Shown here in pieces: positions 27,465 through 39,852 of a stretch of 64,000 bases of DNA. The stretch covers positions 868,001 to 932,000 of the forward strand of contig OX597831.1 in assembly GCA_951406725.2 (NCBI GenBank), in the 5' to 3' direction. The first letter of the stretch is position 1. Each line of letters begins with the position of its first letter. The position numbers and the translations under genes are program-made. This DNA comes from Octopus vulgaris. Taxonomy: Eukaryota. The notes under the pieces are model-generated. The model saw only the letters and a program-made list of their open reading frames with translations. It searched no databases and was not told where the DNA came from.

Positions 27465-27680
27465 CCTTTCTAATATAAATACAAGGCCTAGATTTTGTGT
27501 GGAGGGGGACAGTTGATCACATCGACCCCAGTGCTCAACTGGTACTTGATTTATCAACCCTGAAAGGATGAAAGGTAAAGTTGACCTTGGTGGAATTTGA
27601 ACTCAGAATGTGGTAGCAGACGAAATACAGCTAAGCATTTTGCCCAGTGTGCTAACAATTCAGTCAGCTTACCACCTTGT
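26755..27680 (-). mobile_element. Three SINE family B copies chained through (TAA)n arrays
   Basis: Repeated gatgaaaggtaaagtcgacc...atttgaactcaga separated by long (AAT)n tracts. Confidence 0.85.
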
Positions 27681-27719
27681 TATTGATGATGACAATGACT
27701 ATTATTATTATAGTAATAA

Positions 27720-29100
27720 TAAAAGATAAAACAACCACAAAATAATACTAGGAAGCATTTGGTAAGAGAGAACACTATTTCACTGCTTTGAAAAACAGCC
27801 AATAACACTGATTAAAAAACTACAAATCAAATTGAAAAAATGATAATTGTGTAAGTAATACTTGTAAAATTTATTGATCTTCATTTCATATAATTAATGT
27901 ACTACAAATGTTCTCAATGATCGACGACCTGACACCACATCTAAACAAACTACCAGAGCACAGTTCATATCAATACCACACTGATTCCATCCTAACCCTG
28001 ACTGAAAGTGACTAACATTACAAATAAAAATTCTCTCATTCAACCTAAGGTTATAAGGGGAATACATAATTTGAATTTGATGCATAAAATATACAAAAAA
28101 AAAAATAAAAGAAAAATAGGGTATGCAAAAGTCAGCACTATCAGAAAAAGAACAATACCTAATGAAAATAAAGAATTCCAGACATTATTCCTCAAGTGTT
28201 GCAAATAAAATAGAAAAGGTAAAAACGGGTAAGACAGGAATATGTTTTATTTCTATATGCATGTTTTATAGCCACACTCTACCCCAAAAGTGAAACTACG
28301 ATATTCACATGCAGTATTTAAAGAGAAAATAACCTGTGTCTAAACATAACATCGGAGTCCAACAGACTAACTTCAGAAGATACATTCTTGATGTAAAATA
28401 AATAAATAAATAACTCTGAAACAGAATGCTTAAAACTAAACACTTAATGAAAATGCAAATAATGAATACAAAACAAACAACAAAAATAAAAGCAGAGTGA
28501 ACATAATCCACAAAAATAGACAATAACCCATACAGAAGGAAGTAAATAGTAAATAGCAAAACACATTAAACCCCTAGCGCACAAACATAATAGTGACCAA
28601 CCAAAAGCAAAATAGGATAACACAAATAAAAATATAAATAGAAAGGAACATAAGGAAGATTATTTAAAAATAGAAAATAATAAAGATGAAAACCATGAAC
28701 ATGTCAATCTGAAGTTGGAAATAATTAAAGCATTAAATTCAATAGAAGATATTCTGTGGCTCGATTTGTGTACTTCCGAAGGATAAAACTCAATGATAAA
28801 ATTGGAAAAATGATAAAAAAAAAAAATGCAAGCCTGACCATCATAGATTTAAGGAAAACAAACCCAAACATCAACATCACCAGTTTAAGCAAAATAATGT
28901 AAGTAGCAACTACCTTAAGTACAAAGGAAAGTGGCTAATTCTTCAGAAATATTCATACAGGAATATCAAAACTCAAACAAACTACATATAAAGTGAATAT
29001 AGAGAAAAACAAAAAAAGCAGACAAAAAGTCTCTTAGTCCATATCAAAATCTATAATAAAAATACAACTAAAAGAAGAAGATACAAGTATGACAGAAATA
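27720..29100 (+). pseudogene. Highly degenerate non-LTR (RTE-like) retrotransposon remnant
   Basis: A-rich strand bias; residual peptides LYACFIATLYPKSET and QTNFRRYILDVK resemble RTE ORF2 C-terminal motifs; many stops. Confidence 0.35.
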
Positions 29101-29103
29101 AGG

Positions 29104-29215
29104 AAACTACAGGTTCATCTCTACCAGTCCAACAGCTTCTGATTCCTGTCTCTACAGGTAAGTGACTCCTTTTTTAATATATCTCCTACATTTGCTTCTA
29201 AGTACATAGTCATTT
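29104..29215 (+). repeat. Perfect 112-bp inverted copy of 25952-26063 (exon 3' part, donor site and intron start)
   Basis: aaactacaggttcatct...tctacaggtaagtgactcc...catagtcattt is the exact reverse complement of 25952-26063. Confidence 0.95.
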
Positions 29216-29302
29216 TTGTGGTTAGGGCTGCCATTTGTCAGGAATGCCCATGTATCCACACCAAAAATGCACAGGTTTGGGCAAAGTTTTGTTTAAGACA
29301 TA

Positions 29303-29700
29303 GGCACAGGAGTGGCTGTGTGGTAAGTAGCTTGCTAACCAACCACATGGTTCTGGGTTCAGTCCCACTGCATGGCACCTTGGGCAAATGTCTTCTACTA
29401 TAGCCTCAGGCCGACCAAAGCCTTGTGAGTGGATTTGGTAAACGGAAACTGAAAGAAGCCCGTCGTATATATGTATGTGTGTGTGTTGTGTGTGTCTGTT
29501 TTTGTCCCCCTAGCATTGCTTGACAACCGATGCTGGTGTGTTTACGTCCCCGTCACTTAGCGGTTTGGCAAAACAGACCGATAGAATAAGTACTGGGCTT
29601 ACAAAGAATAAGTGCCGGGGTCAAGTTGCTCGATTAAAGGCGGTGCTCCAGCATGGCCGCAGTCAAATGACTGAAACAAGTAAAAGAGTAAAAGAGAGAA
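29303..29700 (+). mobile_element. SINE family A, full length
   Basis: High identity to 6559-6960. Confidence 0.9.
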
Positions 29701-30071
29701 AGAGAGAGAGAGTTGCCCACGCAACAAATTTGGGTGTTGTCCAAAGGAAAGACATTGTTGTCAGAAGACAAAGAGCCAGAACAGATAACAATGGATAGTC
29801 CATCTTCCATCTGATGCTTTAACAGTTCTGCTAATCCACTGCACTGGATCAATACATTTTTTATCAACCGTGGATGGATCCTGAGCACAGAGAGTTGGAA
29901 CAAACACTACAAGGTATTCTGTCTAATGTATTAACAAGTCTGCTAATTCCTGATATTATAATCAGTAAGTAATTGTGATTAAAATATGAATACACCACTG
30001 TTATAAGTGAAATATGGAATTGTGTTACATGGTGTTATAATAGAAATATGAAACTGTGTGTATAATCTTAT

Positions 30072-30255
30072 AGCCTATTTCTTTACGACCCACAAGGGGC
30101 TAAACACAGAAGGGACAAACAAGGACAGACTAATGGATTAAGTTGATTACATTGACCCCAGTGCGTAATTGGTACTTATTTAATCGACCCTGAAAGGATG
30201 AAAGGCAAAGTCGACCTCGGCGGAATTTGAAGCCAGAATGTAGTGGCAGACGAAA
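30072..30255 (-). mobile_element. SINE family B, 3' portion
   Basis: cccacaaggggctaaacac...gaaaggcaaagtcgacctcggcggaatttgaa. Confidence 0.85.
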
Positions 30256-31060
30256 GAACTGTGTATACAGCATTATATAGTGTAATAACAGAAATATGGA
30301 ACTGTATATATGTGTGAGAGTGTGTGTGTGTATGTGTGTGTATAATTTTCATCACCATCATTGTCGTTTAACATCCGCCTTCCATGCTAGCATGGGTGGG
30401 ACAGTTTCACAAGAGTCGGCCAGGCAGAAACCCGCACCAGACTTCTGTAATTGTTTTGGCAGGATTTTTACAGCTGGAGGTCCTTCCTAACACCAACCAC
30501 CCAGCAGAGTGGACTTAATGCTTTTTGTGGTACAAGCACAAGCAACGTCGGTTTTGGCAAGGCTTTTACAGCTGGATGCACTTCTGAACACCAACCATTT
30601 TACAGTGTGGACTGGGTGCTTTTAAGTGGCATCTGCACTGACAGGGTCACCAAGTACTTGCAAGACAAAAAAAAACTTTTAAGAGGGGAGGGGCATGGGA
30701 GGAAGTGATCTTGTGTCTTGTTGTAGAAGGTTATCCAGAGAGAGAGATCGAGATCAGGAATGAAGACAAAAATAGATGTGCTACTGCAAAGGAAATACAT
30801 GGTTACCCAACCTGAGGGAAGTGCAGGAGGAAAGAGAGAGGGAGAGACAGTAGGATAGAGATTGTGGCAAAGTGCCGGGCATACTCACAAGGGACAAGTA
30901 TCTGAATATAAATGGGATGGTTGAGTAAAGGAAGAGAGAGATACAGATGGTGGTAAGTACCAGAGCATAACCCTTGAAGTTTGAAATGCTATAATATAAG
31001 TGGCAGAATGTTGTGAGGGAAGTGTGATTAAAGAGTGTGGAGTGTGTGTGTATGTGTATA

Positions 31061-31091
<31 letters not shown>

Positions 31092-31099
31092 GCATGTAT

Positions 31100-31357
31100 G
31101 TACAAGCCGTGTACAGTGGTGCTGTCTCTAAGGTGAGAGTCAGCCATGAATGCAGCGATGCATTTAGCATACAGGTAGGGGTTCACCAGGGCTCAGTTCT
31201 CAGCCTACTCTTATTCATTATAGTTCTCCAGGCCATAACAGAGGAATTCAAAACTTGGTGCCCATGGGAACTTATTGCAGAATCTTTAGAAGAATTGGAG
31301 AAGAAATTCCAGTTATGGAAACAAAACCTGGAATCAAAGGGCCTTAAAGTTAAAGTG
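31100..31357 (+). pseudogene. RTE-clade LINE reverse transcriptase fragment
   Basis: SKVRV...FSIQVGVHQGSVLSLLLFIIVLQAITEEFKTWCPWEL^IAESLEELEKKFQLWKQNLESKGLKV; the LYADDL motif expected after PWEL is missing. Confidence 0.85.
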
Positions 31358-31390
31358 TGAAAGTGTGTGTGTGTGAGTGTGTAGATTTTG

Positions 31391-31536
31391 GTGTGGCTGT
31401 GTGGTAAGAAGCTGGTTTCCCAACTACATGGTTCTGGGTTCAGTCCCACTGCATAGCACCTTGGGCAAGTATCTTCTACTATAGCCTCAGGCTGACCAAT
31501 GAATGGATTTGGTAGATGGAAACTGAAAGAAGCCTG

Positions 31537-31599
<63 letters not shown>

Positions 31600-31830
31600 T
31601 GTATGTATGTATGTATGTATGTATGTATATGTTTCTGTATGTGTGTCTTCATGTCTGTGTTTGTCCTCCCACCATCACTTGACAACTGATGTTGGTGTGT
31701 TTACATCCATGTAAATTAGTGGTCCAGCAAAAGAGTTTGATGGAATAAGGACTGGACTTACAAAGAGCAAGTCCAAAGGTCAATTTATTCAACTAAAAAC
31801 CCTTTAAGGAGATGCTCCAGCATGGCCAAG
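31391..31830 (+). mobile_element. SINE family A
   Basis: Family A head and body motifs. Confidence 0.8.
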
Positions 31831-32198
31831 AACTCTGTATTCTTTTTGTTTTGCAAGGTACTTGATGACACTCTCAGTGCTGGTGCCATGTAAAAAGCAC
31901 CAGTGCTGGTGCCATACGAAAAGCACCCAGTACATTCAATAAAGTGGTTGGCATTAAAAAGAGCATCCAGTAGCAGAAACCATGCCAAAACAGTTCTTGG
32001 CCTCGCTAGCTTCTGTCACACCATCCAGCCCATGTCAGCATAGAAAAATCAACATTGAATGATGTACATCGTGCTATACAGTGCTATAATGGAAGTATGG
32101 ATCTGTGTATGTAAAGTTATATAGTATTATATGGATCTGCATAAATAAGTGTTATAGCAGAAATATGGATTTGTGTATCTAGTGGTATAGAATATCAA

Positions 32199-32239
<41 letters not shown>

Positions 32240-32628
32240 ACATGTGTGTGTGTGTCTGTTATAGTAGAAAAGTGAAGCCATGTGTTGTTTTCAGTCAGAA
32301 CAAAGAATAGTTCCATATTTTTTTTGTCCTTTTCTGTTTTTACATTTTATCCAGTCAGTAACAACAAAAATAAACAATTCATCTTTACTACATAAAATGC
32401 ATTGCTCCTGCATGGCCACAACTGCCTGCTGGAACCAGTAACTATATATATATATATATATATATAATGGCAAAGGGAAATATCATTCCAACAAAACCAT
32501 CATTTTAATTGTCCCATTAATAAAAAAATAATACCACCGCCACCACCACCACCACCACCACAACCACCACCACCCACTACCATTACATGCACCAGTGAAA
32601 CAATAACAACAACAACATTTATGTAACC

Positions 32629-32674
<46 letters not shown>

Positions 32675-32859
32675 ACGGTTTCTTTTTTTTTTTTTGTTTT
32701 TAAACGATGCTATAAAAATTTGGTGCACATTTTAATGTGCACCTTTGAGAGTAAAAATATTCATGCGTGCATGTAATGCACAGTGTCATTTTTATTGCTG
32801 CACAGTGTTGGTGGAGATAAAGCAAATATTTACAGAAAAACAATATAAAACTACTTTTT

Positions 32860-33364
32860 TTTTTGCCTTCTGTTGTTGTTGTTGTTGTTGTTGTTATCAC
32901 TGGGTTGTCATTGATATCACTGTGCTGTTGTTGTTGTTGTTGGTAGTGGTGATGTTGTTACTGCTGCTACTGTTGTTGTGGTGCTGGCAATGTGGCTGTT
33001 ATTGCTATTGCAGTCGCTGTTATTGTCGGTGGTACTTGATGGTGGAGATGGTAACGGTGGTAGCGACAATTTCTGTTGTTATAAGTTGTTGGTGAGGATA
33101 TTGATGCTATCATTGATGATGATGATGGTAGTGGTGGTGGTCGTGGTGATATTATTGTTGTTGGTGATATTGATGTTGTTAATGATGGTGGTCATGGTGA
33201 TACTGATGTAGCTGTTGATGTTGATGTTATTATTATTATTATCATTGGTGTTGGTAGTAATATTGTTGTTGTAGTGGTGGTGGTGGTCGTGGTGATATTG
33301 ATGCTGTTGTTGGTGAAGGTGGTAGTGATACTGATATAGCTGTTGCTGGTATTGATGTTGATGC

Positions 33365-33404
<40 letters not shown>

Positions 33405-33600
33405 ATTGTTACTATTATTATTACTTTTACTATTACTGTTATTACTATTATTATTACTATTATTATTATTATTATTATTATTACTATTATTATTATTATT
33501 ATTGGTGGTAGTAATATTGTTGTTGTTGCTAGTGGTGGTGGTGGTGGTAGTGGTGGTAGTGGTGACACTGATGTTGAAGCTGTTAGTTGTTATTGTTGTC
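32860..33600. repeat. Compound (GTT)/(GGT)/(GAT)/(ATT) trinucleotide low-complexity block
   Basis: Direct reading. Confidence 0.85.
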
Positions 33601-34304
33601 AATGGCTTCCCTTTGTGTTTCAAGCCATTAATTTATTGTTGTGTTCAGGTTTATGATTTTATTCCAATTCACTGTGGCTCTGGTTGTTGTTGCTTCTTTT
33701 TCACCTTTTTTCCTACATAAAAGTTATTGTTGTAGTTGTTGTCGTGGTTGTTACAGCTATCACACACACAGAGAGTTGCTTCCCACCCTCCCTCATCCCT
33801 TTTTTGGTTCTTTTGTAGTTCATATCTTTGTTATTGATGTTGTTGTTGTGGTGGTGGTTATAAACGACGCTTTTGTTGTTTTAGTAGTTGTTGTTTAGCT
33901 CTAATGGAGTAGACCTATAATAAGAGACCTTCCAGCCATGGCATTCCTGTGCTTGTGTATCCATGACTACATCACCCAATGCATCCTTCTATTTATAAGA
34001 CAGTAAGGGGTACAGTTTGAATGAGATTTGGTTGTTATTTCTAGTAGGTTGGGTGGCTACATAGAGGCGCCCTCTTAGATCTATTTGTTGTTGTTGTTGG
34101 TGCTGTTATCATTATTTGTTGCAGTCATAGTTATTGCTTTTATCATTTAGATTTTTGTATAATTTGTATTTGTTCTTATCAGTTCTTTTGTTGTTGCCTA
34201 ACCCAAGGTCTCCCCTCCTCTAGTAGAAAGATCTACGATCAAAGATATTCCAACACAGATTGTATTTCAGGAACAATATTGTCCAATGTTCACTACCCCT
34301 AAGA

Positions 34305-34469
34305 GGCGCAGGTGTGGCTGTGTGGTAAGTAGCTTGCTTACCAACCACATGGTTCTGGGTTCAGTCCCACTGCGTGGCACCTTGGGCGCGTGTCTTCTAC
34401 TATAGCCTTGAGCAAAACAAAGCCTTGTGAGTGGATTTGGTAGATGGAAACTTAAAGAAGCCCATCGTA

Positions 34470-34528
<59 letters not shown>

Positions 34529-34740
34529 ATATGTTTGTGTGTCTGTGTTTATCCCCCGCCATCGCTTGACAACCGATGACGGTGTGTTTACATCCCTGTA
34601 ACTTAGCGGTTCGGCAAAAGAGACCGATAGAATAAGTACTAGGCTTACAAAGAAGTCCTGGGGTCGATTTGCTCGACTAAAAGGCAGTGCTCCAGCATGG
34701 CCACAGACTGAAACAAGTAAAAGAGTAAAGAGTAAAAAGA
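34305..34740 (+). mobile_element. SINE family A, full length
   Basis: High identity to other family A copies. Confidence 0.9.
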
Positions 34741-35077
34741 GAGTACCCACTTTTTTTTTCATGGTGGCAAGGTTGCAAATTGAGGGAGATTTAGCTGCTA
34801 TTTGTAGCAGGTTCAGTAACCATGTAGAGACTCTTCACTAAAATCTTGTCATGGGTGCTATATCTGACAATGTTATTATGCTACAGAGGTAAAGCAAAAG
34901 GGAAAGTGCCAGAATAGACGGTTTACAGCATTTAAGACAGTCTGCTGATTCTATGTATGGAATATCCCTGAGTATTAACTTTACCTTGCATTTCTATGGA
35001 GTTGATAAATGTGGACCCTCCTGTCATAAATGACAGGTGAGGGATTAGCAACTTCTTGCTGGACAAATGGTTTTTTT

Positions 35078-35410
35078 GCCTTTTATCTTTTAATTGTTTC
35101 AGTCATTAGACTGCGCCCATGCTGGGGCACCAACTAGAGGAAGTTTAGTTGAACTAATTGACCCCAGTACTAATTTTCCGTTTAAGCCTGGTACTTATTC
35201 TATCAGTCTTTTTTGCTGAACTACTAAGTTATGGGGACATAAACACACTAATACTGGTTGTCAAGAGGTGGTAGGGGACAAACACACACACACACACACA
35301 TATGACAGAATTCTCTGTTTCTGTCTACCAGATCCACTCACAAGGCTTTGGTCAGCTCAAGGTTATAGTAAAAGAGACTTGCCAAGGTGCCATGCAGTGG
35401 GACTGAACCC
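35078..35410 (-). mobile_element. SINE family A, head-truncated
   Basis: Reverse-complement family motifs. Confidence 0.8.
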
Positions 35411-36314
35411 CAAAATCAGTCACACCTTATTTGTTTATAGTGACCAAATATTTGTGCTGTACATTAGCATACATCAAATGTTGAAGCGATCACAGAGCAA
35501 TGTGAAATGAAGTGCGTTGATTTAGTACACAACACACCTTCTGGTCTGGAAATCAGTTGGCTGTGTATCTGCATATGATGTGCAGGCCTTGGGAAAGACC
35601 TTTTTTTAAAGAAAACTGGAAGTTGCTCACACACCGATGCAAGGAAAGTACCTCCATCTATTTGTTGTTCTAAGGATTTGTGCTAGCAAAAAGACAAAAA
35701 GTTTCAGGTTTTATTGTTAGAATTATTTGAGTGAACCAAGTGCCACCTTCTAAATGTCTGATTCTGTTAAAATGGCACCAAACAAAGAGAATGGTGAGAT
35801 GATCAGACACTAAAAACACCATGGATTTCAAGTGAGAGTATCATTCTGTGTGTGTATTTGTATAAAGTAATTTTAAATATATTTATATAAAATTTATATA
35901 AATTTTTGATATACATACACTTGGCTTGTTCAAACTGTTTGAACAAGTCATCACTGAATAAACTTCAAAGTAAATGTCAGCATTGCAAGTATGTGAGTAT
36001 ATTATTTTATTATATATAAGCAAATTTAGGTGAGTTAAAATATGTGACATATTTCAGAGTTGCTTCACTTAGGTACATCCCATTGACAAGAGTTAAAAAA
36101 CTCGAAACATTGCTGTTTGGGATTCCTGATAGATGGCGACACTGAACAAACCAGGTGTTTCCACAACTTTTTACCAGAAGAGAGATATTTTCTTCATAGT
36201 AACTGCAGTGAATTTGCCTTTTGGCAGTTGAACTATGTCACAAACATATTTTAATAAACCTAAATTTTGCTTATGCTTAAACACTGCCTGGTGTGTGTGT
36301 GTGTGTGTGTGTGT

Positions 36315-36535
36315 GAAGGTGTGTGGCTTAGTGGTTAGGGTGTCGGCATCATGATCATAAGACGCATTGTGTTCTTGAGCAAAATACTTCATTTCACGCT
36401 GCTCCAGTCCACTCAGCTGGCAAAAATGAGTAACGCTGCGATGGACTGGCATCCTGTCCAGCTGGGGAACACATACGCCATAGAAACCGGGAAACCGGGC
36501 CCATGAGCCTGGCTAGGCTTTAAAAGGGAGCATAT
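36315..36535 (+). mobile_element. SINE family C with internal deletion
   Basis: gtggcttagtggttagggtg...gatggactggc...gaaaccgggaaaccgggcccatgag. Confidence 0.85.
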
Positions 36536-36999
36536 ATTTATTATATATATATATATATGGACCCAATATAATCTGTCCCATGGTTGGGTGGTCAGCGATT
36601 AAAACATTCCCTCTCCATCCAGCTATCTAGGTATGATACTTGAGCATCCAGCTGGATAGAAAATAAAACTGGTCAAAAGGTGAAAGAGCTTCTCAAACAG
36701 AAGTCAACAACCAATCATACCCTGCAGGAGAGACAGACAGCACCAAATTATCTGCCTATTGAAACACTACAAGATGGTGTGGTAACACTCATATATAATA
36801 TTGGATTGGCTGATTACTTGAAAGATGGAAGGGAAAGACTGTGTCTCTTGAAGTGAAACTACAGATCTTGGTTGAATGGCTGTAATACATATAATGATAG
36901 AGTGTGATTTGAGAAAACTTTGTGGAGCTACCGCTAACATGTTGAACATCCATGTTGAGGTCCCTACCACAGGCTCATCAGCACTGCAGTCTTTACTGC

Positions 37000-37500
37000 A
37001 ATAGGTGCTGCTGTAGCAGTTATTGTTGTTATTATAGCTTGTGTTGTTGTTGTTCTGAATGTTCAAGCCATAGTTATTGCTGTTGTTGTTGCTAGAACTG
37101 CCGGTGGCATTGTTGCAGTTATATTTGCACTAGGTTGTGTTGCAACTCTATCTGCAGTGGCTTGTGTTGTTATTATTGTTGTCATTGCAGCTACATGTGC
37201 AGTAGATTGCATTATTATTATTGCAGTTATATATCTACAGTAAGTTATTGCTGTGGTTATTGTTGCAGCTATACCTGCAGTGGATAATGTTTTTGCTGTT
37301 GCTGTTGAAGCAATATCTGCAGTAAACTGTGTTGTTGTAATGGTTATAGCTGCAGCAGCTTCTGTTGTTATTGTTGTTGCAGCCATATCTGCAGTAGCTT
37401 GTGTTGCTATTGTTGTTGTTGTTGTTGCAGCTATATTTTGCAGCAGCTTGTGTTGTTATTGTAGTAGCTGCAGTGAAGTGAGTATTGCCATAATGTAGCA
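37000..37500. repeat. Degenerate tandem repeat (gttattgttgcagctatatctgcagta-like)
   Basis: Recurring gcagctata/tatctgcagt motifs. Confidence 0.6.
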
Positions 37501-37685
37501 GTAATGTAAGATGACAGACTGAAGCTGTGCACTAAAGTGCACCAAATTGATGCATTGTCAATAAAATGCAAAGAACATTTGCTGGAATGGTCTTTGATTG
37601 ATCTGAAAACTACAGGAACAATGGTAGTGTACTGTTGAGGTGGTGATGGTGGAAACTATGATGTATGTTTACAGATGTATGGGTA

Positions 37686-37738
<53 letters not shown>

Positions 37739-37795
37739 ATAATCATAATATAAATATATATATACACACACATATATATATATATATACACACAC

Positions 37796-37826
<31 letters not shown>

Positions 37827-38117
37827 TATATATACACACACACACATATATATATAGACAGAGATGAGTATATGTGTTTATGTGTGTATGTGTATATGTA
37901 TGTGTGTTCATATGTATAAATTTAACTTTTGTATATGTGTCATTTTGAGTTTGTGTATGCATGAATACGTGTGTACACACACACACTCACACATGCATAT
38001 AAATAGATCATAGACCGAAAATGGAATTCATGAGATTCTGTATCCAAAACCACTACAATTGTTTTGACTCATTCTCACACCTGCAGCTCATAGGTGAGAT
38101 GTTGTGCCTGTCAACAA

Positions 38118-38345
38118 GGTGGCGAGCTGGCAGAAACGTTAGCATGCCGGGCGTAATGCTTAGCAGTATTTTGTCTGTCTTTATGTTGAGAGTTCAAATT
38201 CTGCCGAGGTTGACTTTGCCTTTCATCCTTTTTTTTTTGGGGGGGGGTTGATAAATTAAGTACCAATTGCATATTGGGATCAATCTAATTGACTGGCCCA
38301 TTCCCCAAAAAAATTTCGGGCCTTGTGCCTAGAGTAGAAAAGAAT
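38118..38345 (+). mobile_element. SINE family B
   Basis: ggtggcgagctggcagaaacgttagc head; ggccttgtgcctagagtagaaaag tail. Confidence 0.85.
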
Positions 38346-38495
38346 TGTCTTGCATCACAAAAGTAGAATGTACCTCTTCAAGTGACTTTTTAAACAAATT
38401 CCTCATTATAGCTTCTTGCCATTTCATTTTGTCTTATAATGCTGAGCTAGACTGATGTGGCCATTCTAGCACTTCTGATATATATATATATATAC

Positions 38496-38712
38496 AGATC
38501 GCCATGTTGATTCGCTAGCCTCTGCATGCATTTTTTTCTCTCCTTGTTTCTTTCTGTGTTTCTTTTCTGTGTATCTTTCTGTTGAAGAGCGTAGGCTCGA
38601 AACGTAAAAGACTTGTTTTATTTATATTCCTGAGCACCATACTAATACAATTGTTTGTTTGTATTCCACCTGCCTTCGTCTTTTGTTTATTTTCATAAAG
38701 CTTCCCGTTACA
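38496..38712 (+). mobile_element. Penelope-like terminal-repeat remnant with variant hammerhead, in (TA)n
   Basis: Second copy at 43930-44200. Motif TCTTT CTGTTGA A GAGC gtag GCTC GAAA CG TA AAAGA at 38574-38611. Confidence 0.6.
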
Positions 38713-38730
38713 CATATATATATATATATA

Positions 38731-39054
38731 TATTGCTATATTTCAGGTTGGTCTTTTTTTCTTCTTGTCAAATAAACACATGCACTATATATTCAATCTT
38801 CACTTGATTATCGCTGTTCTTATTTTATGTCCATTGTATGGAAATCTTTCACCACACACCATTCTGATAGAATGTACTATACAGAGCAGGAGGAGACACA
38901 CGGATGGAAAGTCACTGAAGAGGTTACAGGTGTGTGATGAAAGAGACGATGGAGATAAAATAAGAACAAGAATAAACAAGTGAAGAATGAATATATAATG
39001 CATGTGTTTACTTGGCAAGAAAAAAAGAAATAACTATCGTGAAATATAACAATA
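38731..39054. repeat. Imperfect inverted repeat with ~107-bp arms, MITE-like
   Basis: 38731-38837 vs 38946-39054, e.g. taaacacatgcactatatattca / tgaatatataatgcatgtgttta. Confidence 0.75.
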
Positions 39055-39414
39055 TCTGTTTCAACACATGATTCCAAATCAGGAATCTTGCAAAACAAAT
39101 ACATAAATATATATATATACACACATACATGTATATATGCAACTGAAATACTATGCATCTGTTTATGCATATGTGTTTATGTGTATGTTCTATACTAATG
39201 CATATGTAAAAATGAATCTTTTCATTCTCAGACAAAAAGAATTCTGGAGGAATGAGAATCCGTTTCTGCTCATGACATCTAAACTTATCCAAACTCTTGA
39301 ATAGCACTCTATGTTTACATGTTAATACGTGTGTGTGTGTGTGTGTATATAATATATATATATATATATATTTACACACACACACGTATTAACATGTAAA
39401 CATGTATATATACA

Positions 39415-39790
39415 CTTTTACTTGTTTCAGTCATTTGACTGTGGCCATGCTGGAGCACCGCCTTTAGTCGAGCAAATCGGCCCCGGGACTTATTCTTTGT
39501 AAGCCCAGTACTTATTCTATCGGTCTCTTTTGCCGAACCGCTAAGTGACGGGACGTAAACACACCAGCATCGGTTGTCAAGCAATGCTAGGGGGACAAAC
39601 ACAGACACACAAACACACACACATATATATACATATATACGACAGGCTTCTTTCAGTTTCCGTCTACCAAATCCACTCACAAGGCATTGGTCGGCCCGAG
39701 GCTATAGTAGAAGACACTTGCCCAAGGTGCCATGCAGTGGGACTGAACCCGAAACCATGTGGTTGGTAAGCAAGCTACTTACCACACAGC

Positions 39791-39793
<3 letters not shown>
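39415..39793 (-). mobile_element. SINE family A, full length, young
   Basis: Near-identical reverse complement of the family consensus. Confidence 0.9.

Positions 39794-39852
<59 letters not shown>

Noticed and set aside
29104-29163. Plus-strand exon or mutually exclusive duplicate exon at the inverted copy
   Set aside because: Opposite orientation to the gene and no acceptor upstream, so it cannot be spliced into the same mRNA.
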